In this document: positions 61,106 through 64,000 of the stretch, piece by piece | Layout: each line of letters opens with the position of its first letter | Numbering within the stretch: the stretch's first letter is position 1 | NCBI GenBank assembly: GCA_964291625.2 | Contig: OZ220089.1 | Coordinates: forward strand, 2,816,001 to 2,880,000 | DNA from: Candidatus Latescibacterota bacterium | GTDB lineage: Bacteria; Latescibacterota; UBA2968; UBA8231 | Direction of reading: 5' to 3' | Length of the DNA: 64,000 bases | The notes under the pieces: model-generated | Seen by the model: only the letters and a program-made list of their open reading frames with translations | Databases searched by the model: none | Told to the model about the DNA's origin: nothing | Program-made: the position numbers and the translations under genes

Positions 61106-61654
61106 GTGCTCGTTCTCGGTCTCGACCCAAGCAGCACCAGCACGGGATACGGGGTGGTGTGCGCCGAGGGCCGGGCACTGACCTTCGTCGACTGCGGCTG
61201 TTTCCGGCCCCCGAAGGGAGCCGGCGACTTCGCCGGGCGTCTGGCGGTCCTGGACGACGGCCTGGCGGCGCTGCTCTCCCGGTCCCGGCCGGACGCCGTA
61301 GCCCTAGAAAGCAGCTTCTACGGCCGCGACGCCGACGCCGCCGCCAAACTGGGGGAGGCCCGCGGCGTCCTTCGCCTCCGCCTGCACAAGGCGGGCTTTT
61401 CGCCGGCCCTCTACTCGCCGGCGGAGGTCAAGAAGGCGATCGTCGGCAACGGTCAGGCCACCAAGGAGCAGGTTCAGTCCATGGTCGCCCGCCTCCTGCG
61501 CATGGACGAGCCGCCGACTCCTCTCGACGCTTCCGACGCCCTCGCCGTGGCCGTCTGCCACCTGCACCGGAGCCGCCGCCCGTCGGCGGTGGAGGCCGCC
61601 GGGGTCCGCAAGCCCGAGGTGCAGGCCCTGCTGCGGCGCGTCGCCAACCGCTGA
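61106..61654 (+). CDS. ruvC: Holliday junction endonuclease RuvC
   Basis: LGLDPS..TGYG, ALE, VKKAIVGNGQATKEQV, DASDALAVA. Confidence 0.95.
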   Translation: MLVLGLDPSSTSTGYGVVCAEGRALTFVDCGCFRPPKGAGDFAGRLAVLDDGLAALLSRSRPDAVALESSFYGRDADAAAKLGEARGVLRLRLHKAGFSPALYSPAEVKKAIVGNGQATKEQVQSMVARLLRMDEPPTPLDASDALAVAVCHLHRSRRPSAVEAAGVRKPEVQALLRRVANR

Positions 61655-61668
61655 GAGAGGGTCCCCGG

Positions 61669-62265
61669 GTGATCACGCACCTCCGCGGCCTCCTGGCCCA
61701 CAAGGCGCCGACCCGCGCCGTGGTCGAGGTCGGGGGGGTCGGCTACGAGCTGTCCATCTCCCTGGCCACGTACGACGGTCTGCCGGCGGCTGGCTCCACC
61801 GTCGAGATCCTGGCCCACACTCACGCCCGCGAGGATCAGTTGGCCCTGTTCGGCTTCCTCCAGGAGGGGGAGCGCGAGATGTTCCGGCTCCTCATCGGCA
61901 TTTCCGGCATAGGTCCCAACCTAGCTCTGACGATCCTCTCCGGCCTGTCCGTCGACGATCTCGCCCGGGCCATCCAGGAAGAGCGCGCCGGCGACCTCAC
62001 CCGGGTACGCGGCATCGGCCCGAGGACGGCCCAGAGGGTTGTCGTCGACCTGAAGGACCGGATCCGGCGGCCCTTGCGGACCGGCCCCGAAGCGCCCCAG
62101 GCAGCCGGCTCGGACGACCTCGTCGACGAGGCCATGCTGGCCCTGGAGGCTCTCGGCTTCGCCGGGCCGGCGGCGCGCAAGGCCTTGGAGGCGGTGCGCA
62201 GCCGCCTCGGCGAGGGTGAGGAGTCGGTGCAGGCCCTGATCAAGGGCGCCCTGCGAGAGCGCTGA
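61669..62265 (+). CDS. ruvA: Holliday junction DNA helicase subunit RuvA
   Basis: [31 protein letters not shown]. Confidence 0.96.
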   Translation: MITHLRGLLAHKAPTRAVVEVGGVGYELSISLATYDGLPAAGSTVEILAHTHAREDQLALFGFLQEGEREMFRLLIGISGIGPNLALTILSGLSVDDLARAIQEERAGDLTRVRGIGPRTAQRVVVDLKDRIRRPLRTGPEAPQAAGSDDLVDEAMLALEALGFAGPAARKALEAVRSRLGEGEESVQALIKGALRER

Positions 62266-63293
62266 TGGAGACCAGATTCGTCGATCCCGAAGACCAGGGA
62301 GACGAGGGGCTGGATCCCTCACTCCGCCCCAAGCGTCTGGATGAGATGCTCGGGCAGGACAAGGTCAAGGAGCAGCTTCGGATCGCCATCACCGCCGCCA
62401 GGGAGCGCGGCGAGGCCCTCGACCACGTGCTCCTGTCCGGGCCTCCCGGCCTCGGCAAGACCACCCTCGCCCGGGTGATCGCCAACGAGATGGGCGTGGC
62501 CGTGCACGACACCTCGGGTCCGTTGCTCGACCGCCCCGTCGACCTGGCCGGCATCGTCACCGCCCTCGGGGCCCGCGATGTCCTCTTCATCGACGAGGTG
62601 CACCGCGTCAACCGCGAGGTGGAGGAGTACCTCTACTCCGCCATGGAGGACTACCGCATCGACATCCTCATCGACTCCGGGCCCACGGCCCGGTCGGTGA
62701 CCCTGGATCTGGAACGGTTCACCCTCGTGGGCGCCACCACCCGGCAGGGACTGCTCACGGCCCCAATGCGCGCCCGCTTCCTGATAACCGCCAACCTCGA
62801 CTACTACACCGTCGAAGAGTTGGTGCAGATCGTCCTGCGCGACGCCAGGCTCCTGGGCTTCACCGTCCTCCCCGAGGGGGCTGGCGAGATCGCCCGCCGC
62901 GGCCGCGGAACGGCGCGTCTCGCCAAGCGCTGGCTGCGGCGCTGCCGCGACTACGCCCAGGTCGAAGGCGACGGCACCGTCGACCGGGACACCGCCGCCG
63001 CCGCCCTCGAGATCCTCAAGGTGGACGAGCTCGGGCTGGACGAGGTCGACCGCCGGCTGCTGGAGGTGATCATCGACAGGTTCGGGGGAGGTCCGGTGGG
63101 AGTGAACAACCTGGCGGCCGCCATTGGCGAGGAGGAGGGCACCATCACCGAAGTCTACGAGCCCTACCTGATCCAGCAGGGGTTCCTCAAGAGAACCCCG
63201 CGCGGCCGGCAGGCCATGCCGCGGGCCTGGACCCACCTGGGAAGGACGCCCCCCAAGGGGTTGGACCCAGGCGACCAGATGGACCTTCTGTGA
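62265..63293 (+). CDS. ruvB: Holliday junction DNA helicase RuvB
   Basis: [45 protein letters not shown]. Confidence 0.97.
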   Translation: METRFVDPEDQGDEGLDPSLRPKRLDEMLGQDKVKEQLRIAITAARERGEALDHVLLSGPPGLGKTTLARVIANEMGVAVHDTSGPLLDRPVDLAGIVTALGARDVLFIDEVHRVNREVEEYLYSAMEDYRIDILIDSGPTARSVTLDLERFTLVGATTRQGLLTAPMRARFLITANLDYYTVEELVQIVLRDARLLGFTVLPEGAGEIARRGRGTARLAKRWLRRCRDYAQVEGDGTVDRDTAAAALEILKVDELGLDEVDRRLLEVIIDRFGGGPVGVNNLAAAIGEEEGTITEVYEPYLIQQGFLKRTPRGRQAMPRAWTHLGRTPPKGLDPGDQMDLL

Positions 63294-63985
63294 ACCTGCT
63301 CCTGGCCATCGACACGGCCACCTCCGCCGGCAGCGTGGCGCTATCGGCCGATGATTCGATCCTTGCTCTGAGGACCTTCCAGGCCCCCCGGGAGCACTCC
63401 CGGCGGCTCTTTCCGGAGATCGACCGGGCCCTCGACGACGCCGGTGGCCAACGAGGGCAGATCGGCGCCGTGGCCGTCACCATCGGCCCGGGCTCCTTCA
63501 CGGGGCTGCGAATCGGCCTGAGCGCGGCCAAGGGTCTGTGCATGGCCCTGGAGGCCCCCCTCGTCGGCCTGTCGACGCTCGAGGTGCTGGCGGCTCGGGT
63601 CCCGTGGTGCCGACTGCCGGTGTGCGTGGCCCTGGCAGCGCGGAGGGATGAGGTCTACACGGCGGCCTTCGACACCTCCCTGGGCCGGCCCCGGCCGCTG
63701 AGTCCCGAGCGCCTCGCCAACCGGGCGGAACTGGTGGCGGAATGGAACGGCCGGGACGTACTGTTTACCGGCGATGGCCTGGACCGGCCGCGGGACCTGC
63801 CGCATCACGTGAGGCGAGCGCCCGCACCCGTGCGCAGCCCCTGTGCCGCCGCGGCCGCCTGGCTCGCCGGGCCGAAGCTGGCGCGCGGCGAGTTCCTCGA
63901 TCCGGGTCGGGCGGAGCCCGTCTACCTGGGGCAGACCGCTTTCGTCACCCGTCCGGCGCAGGAGGGCGGCGGGCCGGCCCCCTGA
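63290..63985 (+). CDS. tsaB: tRNA threonylcarbamoyladenosine biosynthesis protein TsaB
   Basis: [35 protein letters not shown]. Confidence 0.95.
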   Translation: MNLLLAIDTATSAGSVALSADDSILALRTFQAPREHSRRLFPEIDRALDDAGGQRGQIGAVAVTIGPGSFTGLRIGLSAAKGLCMALEAPLVGLSTLEVLAARVPWCRLPVCVALAARRDEVYTAAFDTSLGRPRPLSPERLANRAELVAEWNGRDVLFTGDGLDRPRDLPHHVRRAPAPVRSPCAAAAAWLAGPKLARGEFLDPGRAEPVYLGQTAFVTRPAQEGGGPAP

Positions 63986-64000
63986 CCTGCGGGTCCCGTC

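Overview
High-GC (visually about 70%) chromosomal core region of a diderm bacterium. It is most plausibly of the FCB superphylum (Latescibacterota-like). That placement is inferred from the PNPFNP...YY C-terminal sorting domains, the dockerin-like DFFxFAxxFG motifs and the 16S h44 signature, not from a database search. The window holds about 47 CDS, mostly translationally coupled on the + strand: an ABC exporter pair, rdgB, hisG-D-B, moaD-moaE fusion, tsaD, ftsK-lolA, frameshifted prfB, lolC/E-lolD, mcsA-mcsB-clpC, bamA-skp-fabZ-pyrB, rhamnose isomerase, EF-G2, yebC-ruvCAB and tsaB. It also holds a complete rRNA operon (16S, tRNA-Ile, 23S, 5S). No CRISPR array, prophage or transposase is visible. 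The most notable candidates are: (1) a probably highly expressed 1718-aa secreted surface protein with dockerin-like, cohesin-like and FlgD/T9SS-type CTD modules and an acidic DDGME repeat, one of four CTD-bearing cargo proteins and adjacent to a GT-C glycosyltransferase; (2) a 23S rRNA with non-canonical bases at the macrolide site (2056-2058 = AAU) and other conserved helices; (3) a plant-type aspartate carbamoyltransferase; (4) a bamA-skp-fabZ operon lacking lpxD/lpxA; (5) a repeat-flanked small-ORF insert with a structured intergenic element. All assignments come from reading motifs by eye, with no searches run.
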